Assembly (NCBI GenBank): GCA_963719035.1
Contig: CAVRAO010000002.1
Location: 608,001-672,000 of the forward strand
DNA from: Methanobacteriota archaeon
Lineage (GTDB): Archaea; Halobacteriota; Bog-38; Methanoflorentales; Methanoflorentaceae
DNA: 64,000 nucleotides
Direction: 5' to 3'
The position numbers and the translations under genes were made by a program. The notes under the pieces were generated by a model. The model made no database searches. It was given only the letters and a program-made list of their open reading frames with translations, and was not told where the DNA came from. This document shows positions 54,017-62,672 of the stretch, one piece after another (positions within the stretch are counted from its first letter, which is position 1; every line of letters starts with the position of its first letter).

Positions 54017-54502
54017 CTATTGTCCATATATCAGTGCACCACACTTACATGCAAGCACACACGATAGCTCCGCCGCACCACCGCAGAGGTCGCATTTAAC
54101 GGCTTCATGGCCGCGCGCCTGTATCGCCCCAAAGGGGCACGCCTCCACACATTCAAGACATCCAATGCAGCTTTCGTCATCAATCGTCACTACACCGTCG
54201 CCATCTTTTGTAATCGCGCTTGCTTTGCAAACCTCTATACACTTCGGGTGCTTACAGTGAACGCACGTTATAAGATGCAATTTGCCATCGTTATGAACAA
54301 TCAAGAGCCTCGAGAAAGGGCGCGGGTGCTCGCAGATTGCTGTGTTAATATCACCTGACGCGCTATGTCGCAGCGCACAGGCAAGTTCGCACGACTTGCA
54401 CGCCATACAATTCTTAGGAATAAACCTTACGAGCGAATCTATGCAAGCATCACAGCCTTCGCCGCATTGAAATTGCTCTTCGTCCCAATCAAAGCAGTTC
54501 AT
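54017..54502 (-). CDS. cooF: CooF-like ferredoxin, copy B, with a Cys-rich N-terminal extension
   Basis: Close paralog of 51370-51798 (identical PKNCMACKSCELACALRHS and KCDLCGGAAELSCVLACKCGALIYGQ). Extra MNCFDWDEEQFQCGEGCDAC. GAGGTGA RBS. Confidence 0.88.
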   Translation of the reverse strand: MNCFDWDEEQFQCGEGCDACIDSLVRFIPKNCMACKSCELACALRHSASGDINTAICEHPRPFSRLLIVHNDGKLHLITCVHCKHPKCIEVCKASAITKDGDGVVTIDDESCIGCLECVEACPFGAIQARGHEAVKCDLCGGAAELSCVLACKCGALIYGQ

Positions 54503-54649
54503 GTATTTCACCTCATCGAGCAAAGAACGAAGGTTTGAACCCTCACCGGTATATTCCGCATTTTTTTAGAATTCAGCTTCAGCAAAATCCTTGGAAATAA
54601 CACGATATTGAACGATAGGTTAAGATCGAATACCTTTTTTTATTTGGAA

Positions 54650-54723
54650 CGAGTCATATATATATGTGGTCTTCGCAGGACGACAGAAAGTATTTATAGC
54701 GAGCATAGGCGAGTAGGTGTAAG
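54650..54723. promoter_or_regulatory. Duplicated promoter block, copy B (divergent cooF / SAMP)
   Basis: Homologous to 52041-52112. The gaaagtatttatag BRE/TATA-like element lies about 30 bp before the SAMP ATG. Confidence 0.7.
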
Positions 54724-54725
54724 CT

Positions 54726-54998
54726 ATGGGGCTTGTAAGCGTTCGTTTCTTCGCAAATTTACGCGAAATCGTAGGGCAACCGCAACTCAGTGTAGAGGCG
54801 AGCACCATACGTGAGTTGCTGACCGCGCTCCGATCAGAGCACCCTGCGCTGCAACCGTTACTCTGCGAAGACGGCGAGGTCCGCCCTTACATTACAATCC
54901 TCATCAATGGCACGAACATACGCGAAATGGAAGCGCTGGCGACGATTCTATCCGATGGCGATGAAGTCGCGATCTTTCCTCCTGTTTCAGGCGGTTAA
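54726..54998 (+). CDS. moaD: MoaD/ThiS-family ubiquitin-like small archaeal modifier protein (SAMP)
   Basis: VRFFANLRE, ILING, GDEVAIFPPVSGG C-terminus. Confidence 0.92.
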   Translation: MGLVSVRFFANLREIVGQPQLSVEASTIRELLTALRSEHPALQPLLCEDGEVRPYITILINGTNIREMEALATILSDGDEVAIFPPVSGG

Positions 54999-55028
54999 CT
55001 TGGACGATTGTCAATCACTGAGGTCAAC

Positions 55029-55345
55029 TTACCACTTCGTAAGCTGACTTAACGATCCTTCCATACCTCTATAATCCTCTAAAAGCTCGCGGCCGAAAGC
55101 TGTCAAATTGGCTCCTCCGCCTTCTTTGCCACCTCGCGTCCTTTCAACGAGAGGATGCCAAGTCGTTTTTCAACGATGGTTAAACGTTCCAGTGCGTAAC
55201 GATATGACATTCCCAGCTCGCGCGCTGCGGCGCTTGTAGAGCTAAGTCTCACGATTTCGACAAGAAGCCGCATCGTGCCAAGGCCGAAAACGTGCTCTCC
55301 ATTTTCGCCGACAAACCAAAGCTTGAATCGCGGTCTGATTCTCAC
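55029..55345 (-). CDS. modE: ModE N-terminal-like winged-HTH regulator, frameshifted near 55153
   Basis: FKLWF...FG.G..RLL, AAARELGMSYR. The shifted frame gives LVERTRGGKEGGGANLTAFGRELL. Confidence 0.75.
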
Positions 55346-55387
55346 GCTCGTAAGATAAAGAGCGCACATGCACACTAAACCATAACG

Positions 55388-55870
55388 ATGATATTCAAAA
55401 CACTAACTCAGTTCGAGGCGGCTTTGAACGTGTTTCTCAAAGCCATCGTGCCTATTGATGACACTGAGGGGGCACCCATACGAGAGGCTAGAGGGAGGGT
55501 GCTTGCCCGCCAGATCATTGCGGAACGAAACGAACCTAATTATCGGCGGGCAGCTACGGATGGTTACGCGGTCGTTGCCGACGATAGGTTAGGAGCAAGT
55601 TAGCTTTCACCCGTTGTTCTCAAAATCGGAGAAGACATAAAACACGGCGTTGCCTCTCGAGTTCTTACTGGTTCTAAAATACCAGACCAAGCTGACGCCG
55701 TTGTGATGGTTAAAGGTGTCGAACGTCTTGACGACGTCGCTGAGATTAAAGCGCAGGCGCATCCGTTCGAAAATGTAGGCCTCAAAGGAGAGGACGTAAA
55801 CCGCGGTGAGCATATTTTTGCTCCAGGCCATCGGCTACGACCGCGGATATAGGCCTGCTTGCTTCCCCCG
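55388..55870 (+). pseudogene. moeA: Truncated molybdopterin molybdotransferase MoeA (N-terminal part)
   Basis: ARGRVLA, DGYAV, in-frame TAG at 55601-55603, then TGSKIP..ADAVVM, NVG..GEDV..GE, a frameshift at RP.DIGLLAS and truncation. Confidence 0.85.
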
Positions 55871-55961
55871 AAGTCCAAGATGATTGGTCGCTACAGCGCA
55901 CTTTGTTTCAATCTCTTTTACTACAACTTTTTATTGTTAAACGTTAATTGAACGTTGCCAT

Positions 55962-56036
55962 GGGGTAGTAGGGTAGCTTGGTCCATCCTCGAGCGTTTGG
56001 GACGCTTGGACGGCAGTTCGAATCTGCCCTACCCCA
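55962..56036 (+). tRNA. tRNA-Pro (TGG)
   Basis: Acceptor GGGGTAG/CTACCCC, anticodon arm GAGCG-TTTGGGA-CGCTT, T-loop GTTCGAATC. Confidence 0.95.
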
Positions 56037-56080
56037 TAGATCTAAAGTGTTCACGATTCGACTCAAAACACACCATATAA

Positions 56081-56155
56081 GGACTCGTAGCCTAGTCAGG
56101 ATAGGGCACCGGCCTCCTAAGCCGGCGGTCGAGGGTTCAAATCCCTCCGGGTCCG
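56081..56155 (+). tRNA. tRNA-Arg (CCT)
   Basis: Acceptor GGACTCG/CGGGTCC, anticodon arm CCGGC-CTCCTAA-GCCGG, T-loop GTTCAAATC. Confidence 0.95.
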
Positions 56156-56243
56156 CTTTCGTCATACGTGCGACAACGTGTCAATCTAAACATTTATTCA
56201 GTGCACCTAGGCATAGCGGAGTTTATTGCGCCACGCGTTCTCC

Positions 56244-57848
56244 TTAAGGGCTCAGTTGCACACACGTTTTCACGCGGAACTCAAACGCCGCGACTGGATA
56301 AATTAATTTATGCTCAGTTAGTATATCCGGATCAATTTCCCCAAAAGTCCCAACGGCCTCTCCATTAACGATAATCTTGGCGCGTCTTCCCTCAATAAAC
56401 GAGGGATGATTGGCTTCAGAAACCTCAAAAGCGCAGCCTGTTTCGCGCATAACTGCACTCACTACCTTCTTCATTTCCGTAAAACTAGCGATACTGGACG
56501 CGATAACACCAGCACAAAGGCGACTTTCTTGGGCGACATTAGCGATGAGGTGGACGACATCGCCTACCTCGTATACCATTTGAGGATACTCTCTGTGCTG
56601 ATTAAGAGCCAACGTGTCTATTAAACCTGGCAGCAGACTCGTCCGCAAGCTGATATGCTCCTCAAGCAGGGGATTTTCTATAATAACTGCTTGACTGGGA
56701 TCTGGAGCCAACATAAGCGTGATCACCTCTAAGAATCCAAGGCCCTGCAAAACGTCCCTGAGAATAGCTGATTGCTGCTCCTCTTCTAGCCGGCCACCTA
56801 TCGTTCCAAGCTTCGGATATGAAGGTGGAACATTTTCGTAACCAAAACCTATCGCAACGTCCTCGATGATGTCCACCGGGTGCATGATATCAGTTCGGTA
56901 GCACGGAACGGATACCGTAAAACGGCCGGCGTCGACCGCTGCCTCCATACGCATCTTCTGAAGTGAAGCCAGGATCGCCTCCTCGGTGATATCAGCGCCG
57001 ATGCGCCGCACTATGTCGCCTTTTGTGACAACGATAATCGAATTGCCCATGTTCGGAGTGCTTAGTACTTGGTCGTGATCTGGATAAACGACTTCCACCG
57101 TCTCGACGCTCGCTCCTCGGTCAGATAGCGCTGAGACGAGTATGTGAAGGCAGTCTTGTATTGCTTTCATATCGAGGCCAGTTACGTCAATAAACAGATC
57201 AGTGGTTTTCTCGGTCACTCGAGTAAGCTCACCGTTTATGATTGGAGGAAATGAGAGGACATTGTCATTTGTGTCGAGGATGAGGGGATGACGCTCGCCA
57301 ACGATGTGTGCATATTCCTTTCCCTTTGGATGAACGCGAAGAATCTCGGCGGGGGTCATAACCTCGGAAAAATCGAGCGGCACGAAGGCAACCTCGCCGA
57401 GCGTGTATCTAAAAGGCGGACTAACGTGCGAAAGATCGTGAATGCCAATCGCTGCCTTTCGCCGATCCCGCCCGACACCCCAGTGCAAGTCCTCTTGCAA
57501 ATCGATCAGAGACTTGATCGTTCTTTCATCGTTCTTAACCCCTCGGACGACCGCGCACACTATGTAAGGACGAACTAAATTAACGGACGGGTCGACTTCT
57601 ACTTCTATGCCAGAAGGTCTAGCTGTGTAAGTGGGGAGGCCCGTCTCTATTCCAAGCATACCCCTCAGTGCTCGAGCTGCGCCCTCAACACTAAAAAGAT
57701 CGGGCCTATTTGGGAAAAACTCGACCTCTATCTCATCGTTGACGCACCCGACATCTGCACCCAAGCGTGGGAGCAGCTCAACAATCGTATGGACGTCTGC
57801 GCCCACCATTTCCTGAAGATCCTCACGATTCAGACTGACAACTGGCAC
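56244..57848 (-). CDS. pheT: Phenylalanyl-tRNA synthetase beta subunit (archaeal type)
   Basis: PNRPDL.SVEG, IDLQEDLH, SFPPIING, YRTDIMHPVDIIEDVAIGFG. Confidence 0.95.
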   Translation of the reverse strand: MPVVSLNREDLQEMVGADVHTIVELLPRLGADVGCVNDEIEVEFFPNRPDLFSVEGAARALRGMLGIETGLPTYTARPSGIEVEVDPSVNLVRPYIVCAVVRGVKNDERTIKSLIDLQEDLHWGVGRDRRKAAIGIHDLSHVSPPFRYTLGEVAFVPLDFSEVMTPAEILRVHPKGKEYAHIVGERHPLILDTNDNVLSFPPIINGELTRVTEKTTDLFIDVTGLDMKAIQDCLHILVSALSDRGASVETVEVVYPDHDQVLSTPNMGNSIIVVTKGDIVRRIGADITEEAILASLQKMRMEAAVDAGRFTVSVPCYRTDIMHPVDIIEDVAIGFGYENVPPSYPKLGTIGGRLEEEQQSAILRDVLQGLGFLEVITLMLAPDPSQAVIIENPLLEEHISLRTSLLPGLIDTLALNQHREYPQMVYEVGDVVHLIANVAQESRLCAGVIASSIASFTEMKKVVSAVMRETGCAFEVSEANHPSFIEGRRAKIIVNGEAVGTFGEIDPDILTEHKLIYPVAAFEFRVKTCVQLSP

Positions 57849-57857
57849 TAATTCACC

Positions 57858-59348
57858 TTAGCGTAATGCAAACGGGATGTTGCGCAACCACTCGACGTCA
57901 CTCATATAGAGCTTCCTGATATCAGTCAGTCCCATCTTGAGCATAGCAATCCTCTCAATACCGATGCTAAACCCCAGCACGCTTTTAAGTCCGAGCGGCT
58001 GCGTCACTTCGGGCCGAAAAACTCCCGCACCCACTAACTCAAGCCAGCTTCCATCCACGAAGATGTCACCCTCCAAGCTCGGTTCAGTGAATGGAAAATA
58101 GCCAGGCCTAAATCGAACACGGTGAAATCCGAGTCGCGCGAAGACCGTCTTTAGCACACCAATCAAATCAGCTAAGCTCAGGTCCTCACCGTGAATCGTC
58201 CCCTCACATTGATGAAACTGCGGAAGATGTGTTGCATCCATACTTTCTCGTCGGAACACGCGGTCTATGCCGAAAATCATTGCGGGGGGCTCTGGATGAT
58301 GGACTAAGAAGCGAAATGCAGATCCGGTCGTGTGGGTGCGCAAGACTGCTCGACGGGATCGTGCCAGGTCAAACTCGCCACCCCACCCTAAAGACCCTTC
58401 ACAGCCAGAAATATGAGCCGCCGCGACGCGTGCAGCCAACTCGGTCGGCAATTCAAGTGCAGCTGGTCGCGACAGGTAGAACGTGTCTTGTTCGTCGCGC
58501 GCGGGGTGATCTTGCGGTACGAACAAAACATCGAAGTTGTGGAATTCGCTTTCTACGATCGGACCCTTAAATTCGGTGAACCCCATCGATATGAAAATAT
58601 CGCGCATTTCATCAATAAGGCGCCGTAATGGGTGTGCTTTCCCTGGATAGAGCGTTAGAGTATCGGCATTGACGTCGTAAGGCTTCAATCGCCCCCGCCA
58701 CGCGCCAGAAATGATAAGTTCAGAAGTAAGATCTGCAATGTCACGGTCTGCTGCATATAGTGTTTCAAGTTGCGTCTCGGCACCTGCGCGAGTTAAGGTG
58801 ATCTCATGTGATGTGCTCTTATGTATCCGCACGATGTTGCGCTTTGCCAGTTCCTCAAGCGTGCGTTCTGCTTGTTGTTGTTTCACAGATACGTCGCTTA
58901 GCGTGAACCGCTTCATTACCTTAACGTCCTGAAGCACGCGTTCTTCAGGAAGCTCATCTGCCGGGCGTGGCGATAGGAAAGAATTGCCATTGACAGTCTC
59001 GATGACCGCCCAACCTCGCCGCTTTAGCCAGCCGATGGCGATTTGCACCGCGTGAAATATACCCTGGAGGTCGCTAAGGGGTGTGGGCCCGTTAATAAGC
59101 AAGTAGTCGTGAACCTGTCGCTCTGGAAGGCCTTTCTCTGCATACGTTAATCCCTCCTCAGTCAGCTCATATGACGTGCGCGTGTCTTCTTCCACGTGCA
59201 GTAGCCCTTTGGTTTGAAGTAGATACGCCGATTGGAGAACTGCCTCAGTTCTCAGAGCAGTGTCTTTTGCAAGGGCTTCTACTGAACCTCTTTTTATACG
59301 CTTAAGCGACCGCAAAAGCATCCGGTCATTTTTAGATAGCTGCACCAT
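57858..59348 (-). CDS. pheS: Phenylalanyl-tRNA synthetase alpha subunit (archaeal type)
   Basis: HP, PQDHPARDEQDTF, LRTHTT, FRRES.DATH, YFPFTEPS, GIERIAM. Confidence 0.95.
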   Translation of the reverse strand: MVQLSKNDRMLLRSLKRIKRGSVEALAKDTALRTEAVLQSAYLLQTKGLLHVEEDTRTSYELTEEGLTYAEKGLPERQVHDYLLINGPTPLSDLQGIFHAVQIAIGWLKRRGWAVIETVNGNSFLSPRPADELPEERVLQDVKVMKRFTLSDVSVKQQQAERTLEELAKRNIVRIHKSTSHEITLTRAGAETQLETLYAADRDIADLTSELIISGAWRGRLKPYDVNADTLTLYPGKAHPLRRLIDEMRDIFISMGFTEFKGPIVESEFHNFDVLFVPQDHPARDEQDTFYLSRPAALELPTELAARVAAAHISGCEGSLGWGGEFDLARSRRAVLRTHTTGSAFRFLVHHPEPPAMIFGIDRVFRRESMDATHLPQFHQCEGTIHGEDLSLADLIGVLKTVFARLGFHRVRFRPGYFPFTEPSLEGDIFVDGSWLELVGAGVFRPEVTQPLGLKSVLGFSIGIERIAMLKMGLTDIRKLYMSDVEWLRNIPFALR

Positions 59349-59568
59349 ACGAATCGATGACGTTAAGGACGGTAAAATACCGCCTATTCCTACTCACCTA
59401 CACATAGTTATTATTTATTGTTACCTATATACAGAGTCCTCGTGCACGCAGGAACGACCTCGTTATCACACACGCAGCCCTCGTTCACTAAGAATTCATC
59501 GTGTCCAGTTTTCGAACCGTCCAGAGACGCCTCAGACAACGTGCTGAATCGGCTGGGGAGTTGGTTTA

Positions 59569-60972
59569 GTGGAAGATACGTATAGAAGGACCCTTTTCTT
59601 GTTTAGACGGGATTTGCGCGTGCGCGACAATAGTGGACTCATCGAGGCGTCCGCAGCCTCCGAAACAGTGGTACCTGCCTTTATCTTTGATCCGAGACTG
59701 GCATCGCAAAATCCCTACTTCAGCTACAACGCATTCCAGTTTATGGTCGAGTCGCTGCGCGACCTCGCACGCCAAGTGGCAGCAGAACGTGGCTTCTTAT
59801 GCGTATTTCGTGGACGCCCAGAGGCAGTCGTGGAACGTCTCATCGCAGAGGAGGAAATAGAGGCAGTTTTCGTAAACAGAGACTACACGCCCTTTAGTCG
59901 AACGCGAGACGCTGAGATAGCCAAAGTGTGTGATGAACGCCATAATGCCTTTCACTGCATTTCTGATGTACTCCTGCATGAACCGGGCGATGTCCTTACA
60001 GACGGCGGCAAACCATACACTATTTTTTCTTATTTCTTAAGAAAAGCGCGTTCGATTCCTGTTAGGCCAGTCAACGCTGCGAGAGTGAACAATCTATCGA
60101 ATCTTAGCATTGCCTCGGAAAGTCGTGAGCGCTTTAACTGTGAGTTGCCTGATCAAAACGCGCTACGATCAGTGCGTGGCGGGCGCCCACAATCGCTCAA
60201 AACGCTTACCAACCTCCACAAGTTTGCAGAGTACGAGACTGAACGTGAATACCCCGCCAAACGCGGGACGACGAGGCTTTCGGCGCACAACAAGTTCGGC
60301 ACGTGTTCAATACGAGAAGTTTACCACTCTGTTGTGGACAAACTTGGTGCCGAACATCAGCTCATAGTTGAATTGTTCTGGCGTGATTTCTACTCTCACA
60401 TCGCGTTTTTCTTCCCCCACATCTTCCGTGGCTCATTCTATCCTAAGTACGACGCTTTAGTATGGGATGCCACCACACAGAAATTTGACGCGTGGCGTGC
60501 GGGACGAACGGGGTTTCCCATTGTCGACGCGGGGATGCGAGAGCTAAACGCTACCGGATTCATGCACAACCGCGTCCGCATGATCGTTGCATCGTTCCTA
60601 ATCAAAGATCTGCACATCGATTGGCGTCGGGGAGAGCGCTATTTTGCACAAAATCTTGTCGACTGTGACCGCGCCATTAACGACGGAAACTGGCAGTGGT
60701 GCGCCTCGACCGGATGCGATGCACAACCGTATTTTCGAATTTTCAATCCATGGCTTCAACAGCGCCGTTATGATCATGACTGTCGGTACATAAAAACGTG
60801 GATCCCTGAGTTGCGAGAAATCGCCCCAGCGCTTCTCCATTCTCCCAACAAGCTTAATGAGGTGGCAATTCCAGGCTATCCCGCACCTATCGTCGATCAT
60901 GCAATTGAAAGCAAGCGAGCGAAAAAAGCGTATCGCACAGTTGCAAAAGGTGCACAAGGAGTTCGGACGTGA
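59569..60972 (+). CDS. phrB: Deoxyribodipyrimidine photolyase (class I/III-like)
   Basis: FRRDLRVRDN, W..GRTGFPIVDAGMREL..TGFMHNRVRM, GNWQW, PYFRIFNP. Confidence 0.93.
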   Translation: MEDTYRRTLFLFRRDLRVRDNSGLIEASAASETVVPAFIFDPRLASQNPYFSYNAFQFMVESLRDLARQVAAERGFLCVFRGRPEAVVERLIAEEEIEAVFVNRDYTPFSRTRDAEIAKVCDERHNAFHCISDVLLHEPGDVLTDGGKPYTIFSYFLRKARSIPVRPVNAARVNNLSNLSIASESRERFNCELPDQNALRSVRGGRPQSLKTLTNLHKFAEYETEREYPAKRGTTRLSAHNKFGTCSIREVYHSVVDKLGAEHQLIVELFWRDFYSHIAFFFPHIFRGSFYPKYDALVWDATTQKFDAWRAGRTGFPIVDAGMRELNATGFMHNRVRMIVASFLIKDLHIDWRRGERYFAQNLVDCDRAINDGNWQWCASTGCDAQPYFRIFNPWLQQRRYDHDCRYIKTWIPELREIAPALLHSPNKLNEVAIPGYPAPIVDHAIESKRAKKAYRTVAKGAQGVRT

Positions 60973-61281
60973 GTAGACATCGCCTTGACTGGTATACTTT
61001 ATTCTGCAACCGGATACACTATAAACAGCGCTAAATTAAGTAGTACTCCTTCAAGTTTTCGAGGTCGGACTCGCGTTCAAATCTCGAGTCTACGGGTCAG
61101 CTAAAGCAAAAAACGATTGATAGGTGCGTGCCCGCGCTGACTTATATTAATTCGCTTATTGACAGCAGCTCTGTGTTAACGCAGAGCTTGGCGGAAATAT
61201 TGAGCCTAGTTCGATTAACGCCTCGACTTACAGTATATAGAATACATTTTCGAAAGCAGGATTGCTGATGCACAAAAGGAT

Positions 61282-61767
61282 CTATGCGTTCTTTAAAGCG
61301 ACTATTTCCTCCACCTTGTCAAGTTTCCATACGAGGCTCCGATTCTCGTTCACGATAGATTCCAAAGGCTCGGCCGGCGAATGGCCGAGCGCAGCGACAA
61401 CGTTGCTTGAGAGTCCTCGCGTCTTTATCATGTTAACGAACTGCTGTCGAACACGTCGACCTTCGGAACGAGCAGTGACTTCAACTAGCTTCCCCAACAA
61501 GGTCACGAATGTGTAAGACGATAAGTCTGGACTTATCCGTTCTATCTCAACGGCAACGTTTGGATTCTCGTTGAAGTAGTGGATCTTTTTTCCGTATTTT
61601 GTTGACAAAAAAAAGAGATTGTGCCCATCGAAAACATACAAAAAAGGTGCGACGTACGGATACGAATCGCCCTTGAAGGCGATCCGGCTCACGTAGTTCT
61701 CCTTTATCAGCCTGTCATACTCCTCTTTTTCCATACGGGGGATCTTCAAGATGTCCATTTCTGCCAC
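61282..61767 (-). CDS. Pyridoxamine 5'-phosphate oxidase-like (split-barrel flavin-binding) protein
   Basis: SRIAF...YPYVAPF.Y, F.STKYGKKI....NPNVAVEI pattern. Confidence 0.82.
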   Translation of the reverse strand: MAEMDILKIPRMEKEEYDRLIKENYVSRIAFKGDSYPYVAPFLYVFDGHNLFFLSTKYGKKIHYFNENPNVAVEIERISPDLSSYTFVTLLGKLVEVTARSEGRRVRQQFVNMIKTRGLSSNVVAALGHSPAEPLESIVNENRSLVWKLDKVEEIVALKNA

Positions 61768-61785
61768 CAGTTTGTCGGAGTGTGG

Positions 61786-62553
61786 TTATCTCAGCGTTCC
61801 GCCAAATACCTGCCACGCCAGCGCTGTTTTTGCGACGATGCTGAGAACGATGTACCCGTACTCCCCGTACAGGTAGTCCTTCCACCTGCCCACCTTCTTG
61901 TACTGCAGGAACATGTTGAGGGGGAACAACAGGAAGAAGAACGTTAAGGACCCAAGGATATAGTAGATGAACGCGGGAACCGTCGACCCTTGCGTCGCTC
62001 CGATGAAGTACATGAATATCACTACCCACGGAATCAGACCGGCAAATGATCCGAATATGAACGCTGTCCAGTTCGTTTTTTCGGTTTTCTGGTTGTGCAG
62101 CTCCATCATCAGCCCGAAAAGGTTCATCGTCGCGTTTATGGCGAATAATGGGATAAGTGCAGCTATGTCATAGACGCCGCTGAGCATGGCAATCGCTACG
62201 ATCATGACCGACGAACTTAACGCATAGTCGTACCAGCGGGCGTAGTTGATGTGATTCTTGAGGTTTTTGACGTACCAGCGGTTCAAGAATGGCGATGCCA
62301 TAAGGAGATGGTCAAACGTCGAAATCAGCAGGAACAATGCAACAAGTAAACCCACCCGAAGCTGGTAGATCGTATTCTCGACGGGCAAAAGAAGCTGCGT
62401 GGTCGTGTTGAAATCGAGGTAATAGGTGTTTATCGGCAGCTTAAAGGAATTACTTAAAAAGACTATAGCAATGGCTTGAATTAAAAGGAACAAGCCCGCA
62501 ATGACGTTGAATGTTCTCAAACGCTTAAACTTACCTTCCTCTTGGTTTTCCAT
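61786..62553 (-). CDS. heR: Heliorhodopsin
   Basis: 7 TM. N..RW.DY..SSS.M, MNLFG..ME, QY...G.W.DY..GE..YI.LS..AK (retinal Lys242). Confidence 0.93.
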   Translation of the reverse strand: MENQEEGKFKRLRTFNVIAGLFLLIQAIAIVFLSNSFKLPINTYYLDFNTTTQLLLPVENTIYQLRVGLLVALFLLISTFDHLLMASPFLNRWYVKNLKNHINYARWYDYALSSSVMIVAIAMLSGVYDIAALIPLFAINATMNLFGLMMELHNQKTEKTNWTAFIFGSFAGLIPWVVIFMYFIGATQGSTVPAFIYYILGSLTFFFLLFPLNMFLQYKKVGRWKDYLYGEYGYIVLSIVAKTALAWQVFGGTLR

Positions 62554-62672
62554 CGTTGCCTCCCAATTTTGAAAAGTTAGTTGGTATCTTCGCTTATAAA
62601 ACTATTTAGTTTGCATGCGGATTTCTGAAGCTGGGATAAACCGCTGCGCTAGCATGATACTAGCAACCAGAG

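Noticed and set aside
55601-55603. In-frame TAG in moeA as possible pyrrolysine readthrough
   Set aside because: The gene is also frameshifted and truncated downstream, and no pyl genes are in the window. A simple nonsense mutation is more likely.
55962-56155. tRNA-Pro/Arg as the integration site of the CODH/ACS block
   Set aside because: The block lies at the tRNA 5' side, no integrase is present and no duplicated tRNA 3' end was seen.
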